Positions 30,698-40,557 of a stretch of DNA of 64,000 bases are shown piece by piece. Each line of letters begins with the position of its first letter. The stretch's first letter is position 1. This DNA is from Candidatus Bathyarchaeia archaeon (GTDB taxonomy: Archaea; Thermoproteota; Bathyarchaeia; Bathyarchaeales; Bathycorpusculaceae), in assembly GCA_049516875.1 (NCBI GenBank), contig JBEKSS010000010.1, positions 32,001-96,000 on the forward strand, read 5' to 3'. The translations under genes were made by a program, and so were the position numbers. A model generated the notes under the pieces. It was not told the origin of the DNA, made no database searches, and saw only the letters and a list, made by a program, of their open reading frames with translations.

Positions 30698-31828
30698 TCA
30701 CTCGAGGACGAAGATGTTCCTCGTGCGGCCCATTTCCTTCAGTATTTTCGGCCACACGGTGACGCTGACCTCGCCGAGGTGTGCTTTCTTAAGTATTGCC
30801 ATTTGGGTGCGGGACTGCCCTATGCCGCCTCCGATGCTTAGCGGAATCTCGTTTTTCATTATGGCCTGGTGGTACGGGTACTTGAGAAAGTCGAGCTGGC
30901 CAGACATCTCTAGTTGCTTCTTAAGAGTGTCTGCGTTGACTCGTATGCCCATCGATGACAGTTCGTGGCGGCGCTTCGTGACAGGGTTCCAGACGAGGAT
31001 GTCGCCGTTGAGACCGTGCATCGGTTTTCCGTCCTTTGACTTCGTCTCCGTTACCCAGTCATCATAGTCTGCCGCCCTCATTTCATGTGGATAACCGTCT
31101 TTGAGGGGCCAGCCGATTCCATAAATGAATATTCCGGGGTACTCCTGCAGAATTCTCGTCTCGCGCTGCTTGCGGGGTAAGTTGGGGTATTTGTCAAGGA
31201 TCTCCTCGGCGTGAAGGAATGTAAGCTTGTCTGGGAGGTCGGGATACTTGTCTGTCTTCAATTGAGGACAGAGTTTCTGTACGTGTTTCTCGGCGCCCTT
31301 GATGACCTTCCAGATTCTCTCCACGGTTTCGGTGAGGTACTTGAGGTTACGCTCCTTCTCGGTTATCGCCTTTTCCCAGTCCCACTGGTCAACGTAGGCA
31401 CTGTGGTCATGGTCGAGGAAATAGTCCTTGCGCACGGCACGCATGTCAGTGCACAGACCCTCGCCCGGCTTCATCCCGAATTCTTTCAGGGCCATCCGCT
31501 TCCACTTGGTCGCAGCCTGGACGATTTGAGCGTCGACCGGATGCTTGTCATAATCGTTTGAAATGTGGAACTGAATGGGTGTACGCGAGCCATCACGATC
31601 CAAAAGGTCGTTGACGCCGCTCTCGACGTCCACGATGAGGGGAACCTGGACCATTATCAGATTGAGCTCTTTGCACAGGTTTTCCTCGATGTAGGTCTTC
31701 ACTGCAGAGATCGCTTTCTGTGTGTCTTTCGGATTCAAAATAGAGTAGTAGTCTTTTGGCAGAATCTTCTCCAGCTCCTCGTAGCTGCCGATACCGGGGC
31801 CTGCGAGGTCGGCTTTCTTGTCCGACAT
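30698..31828 (-). CDS. asnA: Aspartate-ammonia ligase (asparagine synthetase A)
   Basis: KWKR, HSAYVDQWDWEK, RAADYDDW, ELSSMGIRV and SIGGGIGQSR. Confidence 0.92.
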   Translation of the reverse strand: MSDKKADLAGPGIGSYEELEKILPKDYYSILNPKDTQKAISAVKTYIEENLCKELNLIMVQVPLIVDVESGVNDLLDRDGSRTPIQFHISNDYDKHPVDAQIVQAATKWKRMALKEFGMKPGEGLCTDMRAVRKDYFLDHDHSAYVDQWDWEKAITEKERNLKYLTETVERIWKVIKGAEKHVQKLCPQLKTDKYPDLPDKLTFLHAEEILDKYPNLPRKQRETRILQEYPGIFIYGIGWPLKDGYPHEMRAADYDDWVTETKSKDGKPMHGLNGDILVWNPVTKRRHELSSMGIRVNADTLKKQLEMSGQLDFLKYPYHQAIMKNEIPLSIGGGIGQSRTQMAILKKAHLGEVSVTVWPKILKEMGRTRNIFVLE

Positions 31829-31951
31829 ATAATCACACATCGAATCCGATACTGAGCCCCATAATATAAGTTTTCAGTTGGGATCGCATGTGAATCCAAC
31901 ATTGCCATGGTAGTTGTGATCGGAATCAGAGGTCAACGCGCACTACTGTGA

Positions 31952-32449
31952 CTATCGCGGAAGCAGTTCAAGCAATGTCTGGACGATTTCCTTCTCAGAC
32001 GCTTGAACACTGGGGGTCAGACCCTCTCCAAAATCACTTTTTTCAGGTTCCACCAATAACAGGGCGATTTTTGCTTGCGTCGTCTCCGTAACATGCTCAC
32101 AGAATATCCGCAGTGGAAGCATGTGTGTCGAAAAAACAGGAGACATTGTTAATCGTTTAGGTTCAACAAGCTTGAAACTGCCAGGCTTCAAACCTAGAAG
32201 TGCAGCGTCTATCAGAAGGACATGCGTTGGACTGAAATCTATGATTTGTGGCATGAAATCTTCAGGAACCGTTTCGCATTCCATAAGGCAGACCTTTTCA
32301 GAAACCCTTCCCTGCAAATCTTGGACTACTCTGACTCCAACATAGTCGTCCATGCGAATGGGATTTCCAACACCAGCAAGAGCGACTCTTTCCGCCTTTG
32401 AAAACCATCTCTCAAGCTGTTTTTGTGCACTGGACTTTCTTGCAACCAC
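31952..32449 (-). CDS. hycI: Hydrogenase maturation protease (HycI-like)
   Basis: GVGNPIRMDDYVG, ETVPE, IDAA and STHMLPL. Confidence 0.9.
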   Translation of the reverse strand: MVARKSSAQKQLERWFSKAERVALAGVGNPIRMDDYVGVRVVQDLQGRVSEKVCLMECETVPEDFMPQIIDFSPTHVLLIDAALLGLKPGSFKLVEPKRLTMSPVFSTHMLPLRIFCEHVTETTQAKIALLLVEPEKSDFGEGLTPSVQASEKEIVQTLLELLPR

Positions 32450-32488
32450 TGGAAATCTCCATTAGAGTATTACAGAAAGAAATAGGGC

Positions 32489-33943
32489 TTATCTCTGAAC
32501 TTTTCTTAAAACTTTTCTGTCTGCATCGTAGATTTCTACAGTTAAAGGCATTTGTCCCACAGCGTAATGCGTGGCGCACCCGAAGCACGGGTCGTAAGCC
32601 CTGAAAGCCATTTCAACCATGTTAAGCAAGCCCTGATTCACTTTCCCGTCATGTATCAGACCTTTTGCCGCATCACGGATGGACATGCAGATCGCAGGAT
32701 AGTTGTTGGTTGTCGCCACAATCAGGTTAACATCCTTGATAAGCGCGTCCTTGTCCAGCACGTAGTGGTGATAAAGCGTGCCTCTTGCTGCCTCGACCAC
32801 TCCCACGCCCTCGCCTGGCTCGCCCGGCTTGTTCCGCACGTCCGTGCTGGTTATCTCTGGATCTCTGACAAGCTCAAGCGCTCGTTCAGTGGCGTAAAGC
32901 AGCTCTATCAGCCTTGCCCAGTGGAAAGCCAAAGTTCCATGCACTGGTTTTCCGCCCAGAGTCTTGTACATTACCTCATACTCTTCCTGTGCAAGCGGCG
33001 TTGCCATGCCGTCCGAAGCGTTGAGTCTTCCAAGCGGACCGACACGGTAGACTCCGCTGTCCGGGCCGTAGACTTGGCCTTTCCAGCCTACCTTCTTCAA
33101 GAACGGGAACTTTGAGTAGGTCCACTCTTCCACGTGCTCGCCGATATAGGTCAGGTAGTCTTTGGGTTCAAACTTCAGGAATTCGCCGCCGCTGGGATAG
33201 ACAACTCTGATTTTGCCGTCGTAAAAGTTGACCTTGTTGTGTTCATCAACCAGACCCATGTAGTAGGTGTTCATCGTGTACGCGTCGCTCTTGATCATGT
33301 CAACGTACTTCGGGTTTCCAAGAACAATGTCATGGAATATCTTCAGGGTGAGCTTTGCGAACTCCAAGGACGACGCTGCCATCTTCTCGATTTCCTGCCT
33401 GTTCTCTTCGCTCAACGGCTTCGAGATGCCGCCGGGCAACCCGCACACTGGATGCGTCGCTTTTCCGCCCAGAATCTCAGTTATCTTTTGTCCGTAGGCT
33501 CGGTGCTTAATGACTTCTTTGGCTACGTCCATTCCGACTTTTTCAATGACTCCTAGAATGTTCCTTTTCTCAGGCGGAGCGTCGGGCCCAACGATGAAGT
33601 CCGGTCCACCCAGATAGTAGAAGTGCAGTGTGTGGTCATAGATAATGTATCCAGCGTACATGAGTTCTCTGAGCTTCTTGGCGGCTGATGGAGGTTCAAC
33701 GTTGAACGCCGCGTCCAAGGCTTTCGTTGCCGCAAAATGGTGAGCGACTGGGCAGACTCCGCAGATTCTGGTCGTCAGAATCGGCATGAGTTCAGCCCTT
33801 CTGCCGACGCAGAACTTCTCGAACCCCCTGAGTTCAGGTATCTTGAGATAGGCGTTTTCAACTTCGCCCTCGTTGTTCAGGAATATCGAAACGTTTCCAT
33901 GGCCTTCCAGTCTTGTTATTGGATCTATCACTATTTCCTTCAT
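32489..33943 (-). CDS. mvhA: [NiFe] hydrogenase large subunit, group 3c
   Basis: ITRLEGHG, L1 RICGVC, L2 DPCFGCATH plus a cleavable C-terminal tail; hdr/mvh context. Confidence 0.93.
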   Translation of the reverse strand: MKEIVIDPITRLEGHGNVSIFLNNEGEVENAYLKIPELRGFEKFCVGRRAELMPILTTRICGVCPVAHHFAATKALDAAFNVEPPSAAKKLRELMYAGYIIYDHTLHFYYLGGPDFIVGPDAPPEKRNILGVIEKVGMDVAKEVIKHRAYGQKITEILGGKATHPVCGLPGGISKPLSEENRQEIEKMAASSLEFAKLTLKIFHDIVLGNPKYVDMIKSDAYTMNTYYMGLVDEHNKVNFYDGKIRVVYPSGGEFLKFEPKDYLTYIGEHVEEWTYSKFPFLKKVGWKGQVYGPDSGVYRVGPLGRLNASDGMATPLAQEEYEVMYKTLGGKPVHGTLAFHWARLIELLYATERALELVRDPEITSTDVRNKPGEPGEGVGVVEAARGTLYHHYVLDKDALIKDVNLIVATTNNYPAICMSIRDAAKGLIHDGKVNQGLLNMVEMAFRAYDPCFGCATHYAVGQMPLTVEIYDADRKVLRKVQR

Positions 33944-34920
33944 TGTCCCATCACTTTCCTCCTGAGAATTGATGACGGTAAAGAGTACATGTAGAACGTT
34001 CCGAGAGGATCTTTGATTTGGTTCATCAGATTGTCAACATCCTCCTGAGTGTAGTGTTCTGTCTCTCCCTCTAACCCAAGTATTGAAGCTAACGCGCCTA
34101 TCATGGCTGCTCCTTGTTCCGGCGAGTTGGGACAGGGCCCACCGCATCCCGTGCAGGGCATGTCAACCGTGAGGCATTGAGCCCCGCATCCACTGCGAGT
34201 TGCTGGTCCCATGCATATTATCCCCTGTTCGAGCAAGCACTTCTCCGGTTCGGGGACCTTCTCATGGACTCGGTATATCTTTGAGATTCTCTTGTTCTCC
34301 TTCTTTCTTGGGCATTCATCGCAGACAGATTTTAACGGTGCGAGTACGGAACCTTTGGGGGGAAGTTCGTTCTTTGCTATGGCGTCAACGGCGTTTAGGA
34401 TGAGTTTGACTGGAGGTGGGCAACCTGGTAGGTAATAGTCAACTTCAACTGTCTGATCTAGGGTTTTGACGGTGTCATAGAACTCTGGGAGCTTCAGGAC
34501 GCCTTCTTTTGCTTCAAACCTGGTTTTGGGTTCGACTCTTTTTGGATTTGCGATTGACTTGCTTTCAAGGTAGACCTTGCTGAAAATCTCTTTCCGATCA
34601 TGGAGATTCGCTAGGCCAGGTATGCATCCTTCTTGGGCGCAAGAGCCGAATGCAACGAGCACCTTGGCCTTTTGTCTCAAGAGTTTGGCCATGTGTTCCT
34701 GCTCTTCGCTCCTGACTGAGCCATTAAAGAAGCATATGTCCATGTACTTGTCGGGCATGGCTTCAACGTCTTTGTATTTGACGTCCATAGCAACAGGCCA
34801 GAACACTATGTCCGCAATCTTTACCACGTCCAGTATTTTCTCGTTTATGTCCAACACTGCGATTTCGCATCCGCCACAGCTTGCAGCCCAGTAGAAACCC
34901 AGTTTCAATTTTTCAGCCAT
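33940..34920 (-). CDS. mvhG: [NiFe] hydrogenase small subunit
   Basis: SCGGC, GSCA, PGCPP and CMGPATRSGC...CTGCGG. Confidence 0.92.
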   Translation of the reverse strand: MAEKLKLGFYWAASCGGCEIAVLDINEKILDVVKIADIVFWPVAMDVKYKDVEAMPDKYMDICFFNGSVRSEEQEHMAKLLRQKAKVLVAFGSCAQEGCIPGLANLHDRKEIFSKVYLESKSIANPKRVEPKTRFEAKEGVLKLPEFYDTVKTLDQTVEVDYYLPGCPPPVKLILNAVDAIAKNELPPKGSVLAPLKSVCDECPRKKENKRISKIYRVHEKVPEPEKCLLEQGIICMGPATRSGCGAQCLTVDMPCTGCGGPCPNSPEQGAAMIGALASILGLEGETEHYTQEDVDNLMNQIKDPLGTFYMYSLPSSILRRKVMGQ

Positions 34921-35811
34921 CTATTTTCCACCTTCACACACTTGTCCCAATATTTTTGAACAGTCAACGCGAAGCTCATTGAAAGCCAGTTCACCAGGCG
35001 ACATCCCCATTGCCAAACCCAGCAGTTGGGGATAATGCAGAATCGGAATACCGTAAACCTCGTTGAACATCTTTTCTATACGCAGCTCGTTCGTGTCGTA
35101 CATGATGTGACAGAACGGGCAGATAGTTATCATCGCCTGTGCATCCACAGTTTTGATGTGGTTCAGCTTGTCCCTTGCAAGCTGCAGGGCGATCTTGTCG
35201 TTTACTCCAACGCTAGGAGCGCCGCAACATTCTGTCTCGTCCAAGTAATCCAAACATGTTGCTCCAGTTGTTTCGATCAGAGTTTTGAGTGTTTTAGGAT
35301 CTTCAGGATCGTCAAAACCGATGTATTCTTTAGGCCTCAAAATGTGGCAACCGTTGTGCTCAGCGACTTTCACGTTTGTAAGCGGCTTAACAATCGTTTC
35401 TTTTATCTTCTCCAACCCAACGTCTTCAACCAGGACCTGCAACAAGTGCTTGGCTGTAACTGTTCCCTTGAACTCAAGTCCAGCTTCCTTCAAATGCTTG
35501 TTTATCTCTTCACGCATTTGCTCGTCTTCTTTCAACATCTTGCTGACTTTCTTCAGAGTTCCAGCACAGCCTGGGCACAGGGCCACGATGTCTAATCCCT
35601 TCTGCTCTGCCATAGCGAGGTTTCTGGCTGCCAAGATAAGCATCGTTTCGTGGCTTACAGGATCTAAGGGGAGACCACAACAGTTGAATTCGGGCATTTC
35701 AACTATTTCCACGCCGAGTCTTTTGAGGATTTTCCGTGCTGAAATCTCGTACGCAGCCACACGGTATGGAATTGCGCATCCCAGAAACATGAGATATTTG
35801 CGTTCGGCCAC
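34921..35811 (-). CDS. hdrB: Heterodisulfide reductase subunit B
   Basis: FLGC, NCCG, CPGC, GCH, ECCG and CPFCH CCG motifs; GTG at 35811. Confidence 0.92.
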   Translation of the reverse strand: MAERKYLMFLGCAIPYRVAAYEISARKILKRLGVEIVEMPEFNCCGLPLDPVSHETMLILAARNLAMAEQKGLDIVALCPGCAGTLKKVSKMLKEDEQMREEINKHLKEAGLEFKGTVTAKHLLQVLVEDVGLEKIKETIVKPLTNVKVAEHNGCHILRPKEYIGFDDPEDPKTLKTLIETTGATCLDYLDETECCGAPSVGVNDKIALQLARDKLNHIKTVDAQAMITICPFCHIMYDTNELRIEKMFNEVYGIPILHYPQLLGLAMGMSPGELAFNELRVDCSKILGQVCEGGK

Positions 35812-35812
35812 T

Positions 35813-36337
35813 CTAGCCTCCCTTCTTTTCAACGCATTTGAGGAAACCTATTTCGCGCAGTGTTTTGCCTATGCTTTCGGGGTTGCCTTTCGGCAGTGGC
35901 GGCAGGCCTAGGGTTTCTCTTTTCTTTAATCTTAACTCTGGAATTCGGTAGGCGTATCCTGACTCGAGTATGCTTGATGCTTCCTCTTTGAACACTTGAG
36001 GCACGATGCCCTTCTCAGCTGCTAGATTTCTCAGAACGCGTATGACGCTGGCTACTTCGACATCTTGTGGACACCGGTCTGTACATGTGAAGCAAGCTGC
36101 ACAAAGCCACAGTGTGTCGCTGTTCAGCACTCTGTTTCTAAGTCCGAGCTGTGCCATGCGGATTATCTGTCTCGGCCTGTAAGTTTCGCTGAACCTTGCA
36201 ACCGGACAGTCTGATGTGCATGTTCCACACTGGAAGCAGCGCATCACTTTTTCTCCGCCGCGCATCTTTGAGATTTCGTACTTGAATTTGGGGTCGATTT
36301 CTGAAGCCTTTATCGGCTTTTCAGCTGTTTCTGCCAT
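35813..36337 (-). CDS. hdrC: Heterodisulfide reductase subunit C
   Basis: CFQCGTCTSDCP and WLCAACFTCTDRCP. Confidence 0.92.
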   Translation of the reverse strand: MAETAEKPIKASEIDPKFKYEISKMRGGEKVMRCFQCGTCTSDCPVARFSETYRPRQIIRMAQLGLRNRVLNSDTLWLCAACFTCTDRCPQDVEVASVIRVLRNLAAEKGIVPQVFKEEASSILESGYAYRIPELRLKKRETLGLPPLPKGNPESIGKTLREIGFLKCVEKKGG

Positions 36338-36774
36338 TAGGCTTCAGCTTCCATAGCTTTCACCGGGCTTGGACCAAGCTTCTTCAAGTCTTCCACCATG
36401 CTTCTGACCACGGCTGCCCATTTGTCTCCTTCACTTGCCGAGATCCATTCTAACCGTAAACGCTCAGGTTCAATTCCGAAGTCTTTCAAGACTCTCTTCA
36501 ACAGGTTTATTCTTCTCATGGCCTTGAAGTTCCCGCTGATGTAGTGACAGTCTGATGGTAAGTGGCAACCTGCGACGAGCACGCCGTCCGCGCCGTCTTT
36601 GAATGCTTCTAACACGAACGCGGGGTCTATTCTGCCGCTGCACATCACACGTATGATTCTGATGTTTGGAGGATACTGAATTCTGCTTACGCCTGCCAGG
36701 TCTGCGCCTGCGTAGGCGCACCAGTTGCATAGAAAACCGATTATTTTCGGTTCAAACCCGTTGTTCTTGTTCAT
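36337..36774 (-). CDS. mvhD: Hydrogenase/Hdr [2Fe-2S] delta subunit
   Basis: [31 protein letters not shown] and WISASEG; ATG 36774 overlaps the hdrA stop. Confidence 0.93.
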   Translation of the reverse strand: MNKNNGFEPKIIGFLCNWCAYAGADLAGVSRIQYPPNIRIIRVMCSGRIDPAFVLEAFKDGADGVLVAGCHLPSDCHYISGNFKAMRRINLLKRVLKDFGIEPERLRLEWISASEGDKWAAVVRSMVEDLKKLGPSPVKAMEAEA

Positions 36775-39700
36775 TATTCTGCCTCCACTAGAGCTGCTTT
36801 GACTTGAGCAAGTATTTCCTGGTTGGTGAAGTGTCCCATCGTGATGGCTTTGGTTGGACAGGCCGTACCGCATGCGCCGCAACCTTTGCACAGGGCTTCA
36901 ATCACGTGCGCAATTGGTTTTCCGTCCTTATCCTTCATTTCGAGTGCACCATATGGGCATAGATACTCACAGATTCTGCAGCCACTACATAAATCTTCGT
37001 CAACGTTTGCGATGATTCCTTCCATCTCAAGCGTATTCTTGGAGAGTATCGTTGTTGCCCTTGAGGCGGCTGCGCATGCTTGTGCGATGCTTTCTTCGAT
37101 GTACTTTGGCGAGTGAGCCATTCCGCACAGGAAAACGCCGTCCGTCGCGAAGTCCACTGGACGGAGTTTCATGTGTGCTTCGAGGAATGAGCCGTCCTTT
37201 GTCAGTGGTACCTTGAGCATTTCTGCTATGTGCTTGTTCTCAGGGTTTGGAATTGTGGCGGCGCTTAGGACCACGAGGTCGGGTTCAATCTCGACCTGCT
37301 GTTTCAGCACGGACTCCCAGAAAGTCATCTTGAGTTCGTTTCCTTCCTTGGTGAGCTCCGGCTTGCGTTCATCGTCATAATTTATGAACGTGACCCCTTT
37401 CATTGCTGCGTCCCGGTAGTAGTCTTCCTTGAACCCGTAGGATCTGATGTCCTTGAACAGCACGTAGACTTCGGTCTGCGGGCTTACCTGCTTGATTTTC
37501 AGCGCGTTCTTTATGGCTTGTCCACAGCATATTCTTGAGCAGTTGGGTCTTTCCTTTGTCCTCGCGCCGATGCATTGGACCATGACGACGTTTTTGGCGT
37601 TGAACTCTCCGTTGGCAAGGTCTTCTTCCAACTCATGCTGCGTCACGACCCTCGGGTCCTTGTCGTAGAAGTACTCTGTGGGTCTGTATTCCACCGCGCC
37701 GGTAGCAACTATTACTATGCCGTGCTCAACTTCTTTTTCACTGCCGCTCTGCTGGCGCATCTTTGACTTGTAGTTGCCCACGAAACCATAGATGTCGGTA
37801 ACTTCTGCTCCGGTGTAAACGTGTATCTTGTCGTTTTTCATGACCTCGCTGACGAGGGCGTTCAGTTTTTCTTTCGGGTCTTCTTTTTCTCCGAGCAGGT
37901 AGTAGATGGTGCGAAGATGACCGCCCAGTTCTTTCTCTTTTTCAACCAAGTGAACTTCGAACCCCTGTTTTGCGAGCTCCAGGGCTGCGGTCATGCCTGA
38001 GACTCCGCCTCCTATGACGAGTCCGACTTGGGTGACGTTTATCACTGGTTTCTTCAATGGTTTCAACAGGGCGGATTTGGCGACTATTGATCTAACGAGA
38101 TCTTTGGCTTTTTTCGTGGCCTCTTTCGGCTCGTGCATGTGCACCCAGCTGCACTGGTCTCGGATGTTTGTCATTTCGAACAGGTACGGGTTCAGTCCTG
38201 CTTCCTGGAGGGTTTCTTTGAACAAGGGTTCATGCGTCCTCGGCGTGCACGAAGCAACTATGACGCGGTTCAGCTTGTTCTGCTGGATTTTTTCACGGAT
38301 AAGCTTCTGTGTGTCCTGTGAGCAGGTGTAAACGTTTGCCTCCGCATAGACCACGTTTGGCAGGGTCTTCGCATACTCCACGACTTGTGGCACGTTTACG
38401 ACTCCGCCGATGTTGATTCCGCAGTGACAGACGAAGACGCCGATGCGAGGCTCTTCCTTGCTCACGTCTCTCTCAGGCGGATATTCTCTTGCACCGACTT
38501 GAGTTCCTCTTGCGTCTGCTATTATGCCCATGGCTCTTGCCGCTGCACCGCTCGCTTGGGCTACGCTTTCAGGTATGTCTTTCGGTGCTGAGAAGGCGCC
38601 GCAGACGAAGATGCCCGGTTTCGAAGTGTCCATTGGAGAAAAAGTCTGCGTTTCACAGAAATTGTACTTGTTAAGCTTGATTCCCAGGTTTTTGGCCAGT
38701 TCTTCAACGTCTTTCGGCGGCTTCATTCCGATTGAAAGAACGACCATGTCGAACTCTTCCGTCTTGGGCGTTTCGTCCTGTACGTAATGCACGAATAGAT
38801 TGCCCGTCAACGGATCTTCGGTCACTCCGGCGACGCGTGATCGTGTGAATCTTATGCCGTACTCTTCTTCGGCGCGGTTGCGATAGGCGTCGAATTCCTT
38901 TCCGTAGGAACGCATGTCCATGTAGAAGATTGATGCGTCCATCTGGATGGGTGTGTGCTCTTTTGCTATGACGGCTTCTTTCATGCCGTACATGCAGCAG
39001 GCTGCAGAGCAGTAGTTGTTTCCGAGCTGGTAGTCTCTTGAGCCGACGCATTGGATGAAGGCTACCCGTTTGGGTATTTCGCCGTCTGATGATCGCAGGA
39101 CAAGTCCACCGTAGGGGCCGGAAGCACTCAGGATGCGTTCGAATTCGATGCTTGTGACGACGTTTTGGAAGCGTCCGTAACCGTATTCGCTTTTGAGTCT
39201 TGCATCGAAGGGTTCGAATCCGGGAGCGAGGATTATTGAGCCGACTTTCAGGGTTGTTTCGCTCTCTTTCTGGTCGTACGCGATTGCTCTTGCTTTGCAG
39301 ATTTCGTAGCACGTTCCGCAGCCTATGCATTTTTCGCGGTCAATCTTGTACTTCAGCGGGACTGCCTGTGGATACTCTACGTAGACTGCGCCTCTGTTCG
39401 CGAGGCCTTCGTTAAACATGTCAACAGCTTCGATTGGACATTTCTGCGCGCAGATGCCGCAGCCGTTGCACTTTTCTTCAATTATGTAGCGGCTGTTTTT
39501 TCGAATCTTTACTTCGAAGTTTCCAGCTTCACCGTTCAGTCCTGTGATGTCCGTGTTTGTAAGAATCGTGATGTTCGGGTGTCTTCCGGTTGCAACAAGT
39601 TTGGGTGAGAGGATGCACATTGAACAATCGTTTGTTGGAAATGTCTTGTCGAGTTGAGCCATCACCCCGCCTATGCTTGGTCCCTTGTCAACTAGGTACA

Positions 39701-39794
39701 CTTTGAATCCGGAGTCGGCTAGGTCTAGGGATGCTTGTATGCCAGCGACCCCTCCGCCGACAACCATTACTGCTCCAACTTTCTGGTTTTCCAT
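36774..39794 (-). CDS. hdrA: Heterodisulfide reductase subunit A, long form (about 1006 aa, two FAD modules)
   Basis: [36 protein letters not shown], second [13 protein letters not shown] and C-terminal 2x[4Fe-4S]. Confidence 0.93.
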   Translation of the reverse strand: MENQKVGAVMVVGGGVAGIQASLDLADSGFKVYLVDKGPSIGGVMAQLDKTFPTNDCSMCILSPKLVATGRHPNITILTNTDITGLNGEAGNFEVKIRKNSRYIIEEKCNGCGICAQKCPIEAVDMFNEGLANRGAVYVEYPQAVPLKYKIDREKCIGCGTCYEICKARAIAYDQKESETTLKVGSIILAPGFEPFDARLKSEYGYGRFQNVVTSIEFERILSASGPYGGLVLRSSDGEIPKRVAFIQCVGSRDYQLGNNYCSAACCMYGMKEAVIAKEHTPIQMDASIFYMDMRSYGKEFDAYRNRAEEEYGIRFTRSRVAGVTEDPLTGNLFVHYVQDETPKTEEFDMVVLSIGMKPPKDVEELAKNLGIKLNKYNFCETQTFSPMDTSKPGIFVCGAFSAPKDIPESVAQASGAAARAMGIIADARGTQVGAREYPPERDVSKEEPRIGVFVCHCGINIGGVVNVPQVVEYAKTLPNVVYAEANVYTCSQDTQKLIREKIQQNKLNRVIVASCTPRTHEPLFKETLQEAGLNPYLFEMTNIRDQCSWVHMHEPKEATKKAKDLVRSIVAKSALLKPLKKPVINVTQVGLVIGGGVSGMTAALELAKQGFEVHLVEKEKELGGHLRTIYYLLGEKEDPKEKLNALVSEVMKNDKIHVYTGAEVTDIYGFVGNYKSKMRQQSGSEKEVEHGIVIVATGAVEYRPTEYFYDKDPRVVTQHELEEDLANGEFNAKNVVMVQCIGARTKERPNCSRICCGQAIKNALKIKQVSPQTEVYVLFKDIRSYGFKEDYYRDAAMKGVTFINYDDERKPELTKEGNELKMTFWESVLKQQVEIEPDLVVLSAATIPNPENKHIAEMLKVPLTKDGSFLEAHMKLRPVDFATDGVFLCGMAHSPKYIEESIAQACAAASRATTILSKNTLEMEGIIANVDEDLCSGCRICEYLCPYGALEMKDKDGKPIAHVIEALCKGCGACGTACPTKAITMGHFTNQEILAQVKAALVEAE

Positions 39795-39795
39795 T

Positions 39796-40557
39796 CTACT
39801 CAACCTCCAACGCCTTGTAAAGGGGTGTTGTTCCTTCAATACTGTCTAGAGCTATCATATTTTTTCTGCGCATGTTCACGATCTGTTTGAGAACTGCTGC
39901 TGGCTTCATTTCGGTTACTTCTGCTAAGGCTTTAACTGAAAGCGGTTTGGTTTTTGTGAGAACGTGAATTTTGTATCTGATGAATTCATCTTCAACAACA
40001 TCATCCATCAACGTGTCGAACTCTTCGCGTGTGAGTTTGTCGCCGTAAACGTTCACACCTTCTGTGAGCTCTTTCTCTCTTCCCAGCAAGACTCTCAGGC
40101 GAAACTCGCTGGCAGCGTTCTTGGCAGCTAGGAGATTCACCATTGGCATAGATTCGCTGTCTGCATCTTTCAGCGGGGAAGCTCCCAGTTTTCCTATTTC
40201 CCTGGAGAACTCTTTCGCTGAGCGTGTAAAACTCGTTTCTTCTAAGGGCGAGTACCAGAGCAGGTTTAAGCGTTCAGATTCCAAGCCTGCCAGTGCCAAG
40301 AGCTTCTTCAGCATTTTGACGGCGCGTTCTGCTTGCAGGTTGCCTTCAACGAAGTGGCAGTCTGGAGGTTTGCAGCCTGCCAGCATCACGGCGTCGGCGC
40401 CTTTTTTGAACATTTCGAGAACTATCGTCGGGTCTATTTCTCCGATGCAGTTTACGCGTGTTACGTTAACGTTGGAGGGTACCGGGTTCTCGCTGTTGCA
40501 AAAAGCGAAATTGCACATCAAACAAACAATTCTGGGTTCTTTGTCTGTCATGTTCAT
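39796..40557 (-). CDS. Divergent MvhD-like [2Fe-2S] protein with C-terminal helical/winged-helix extension
   Basis: RVNCIGEIDP, GADAVMLAGCKPPDCHFVEGN and ERLNLLW; C-terminal LSVKALAEVTEMKPAAVLKQIVNMRRKNMI. Confidence 0.82.
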   Translation of the reverse strand: MNMTDKEPRIVCLMCNFAFCNSENPVPSNVNVTRVNCIGEIDPTIVLEMFKKGADAVMLAGCKPPDCHFVEGNLQAERAVKMLKKLLALAGLESERLNLLWYSPLEETSFTRSAKEFSREIGKLGASPLKDADSESMPMVNLLAAKNAASEFRLRVLLGREKELTEGVNVYGDKLTREEFDTLMDDVVEDEFIRYKIHVLTKTKPLSVKALAEVTEMKPAAVLKQIVNMRRKNMIALDSIEGTTPLYKALEVE

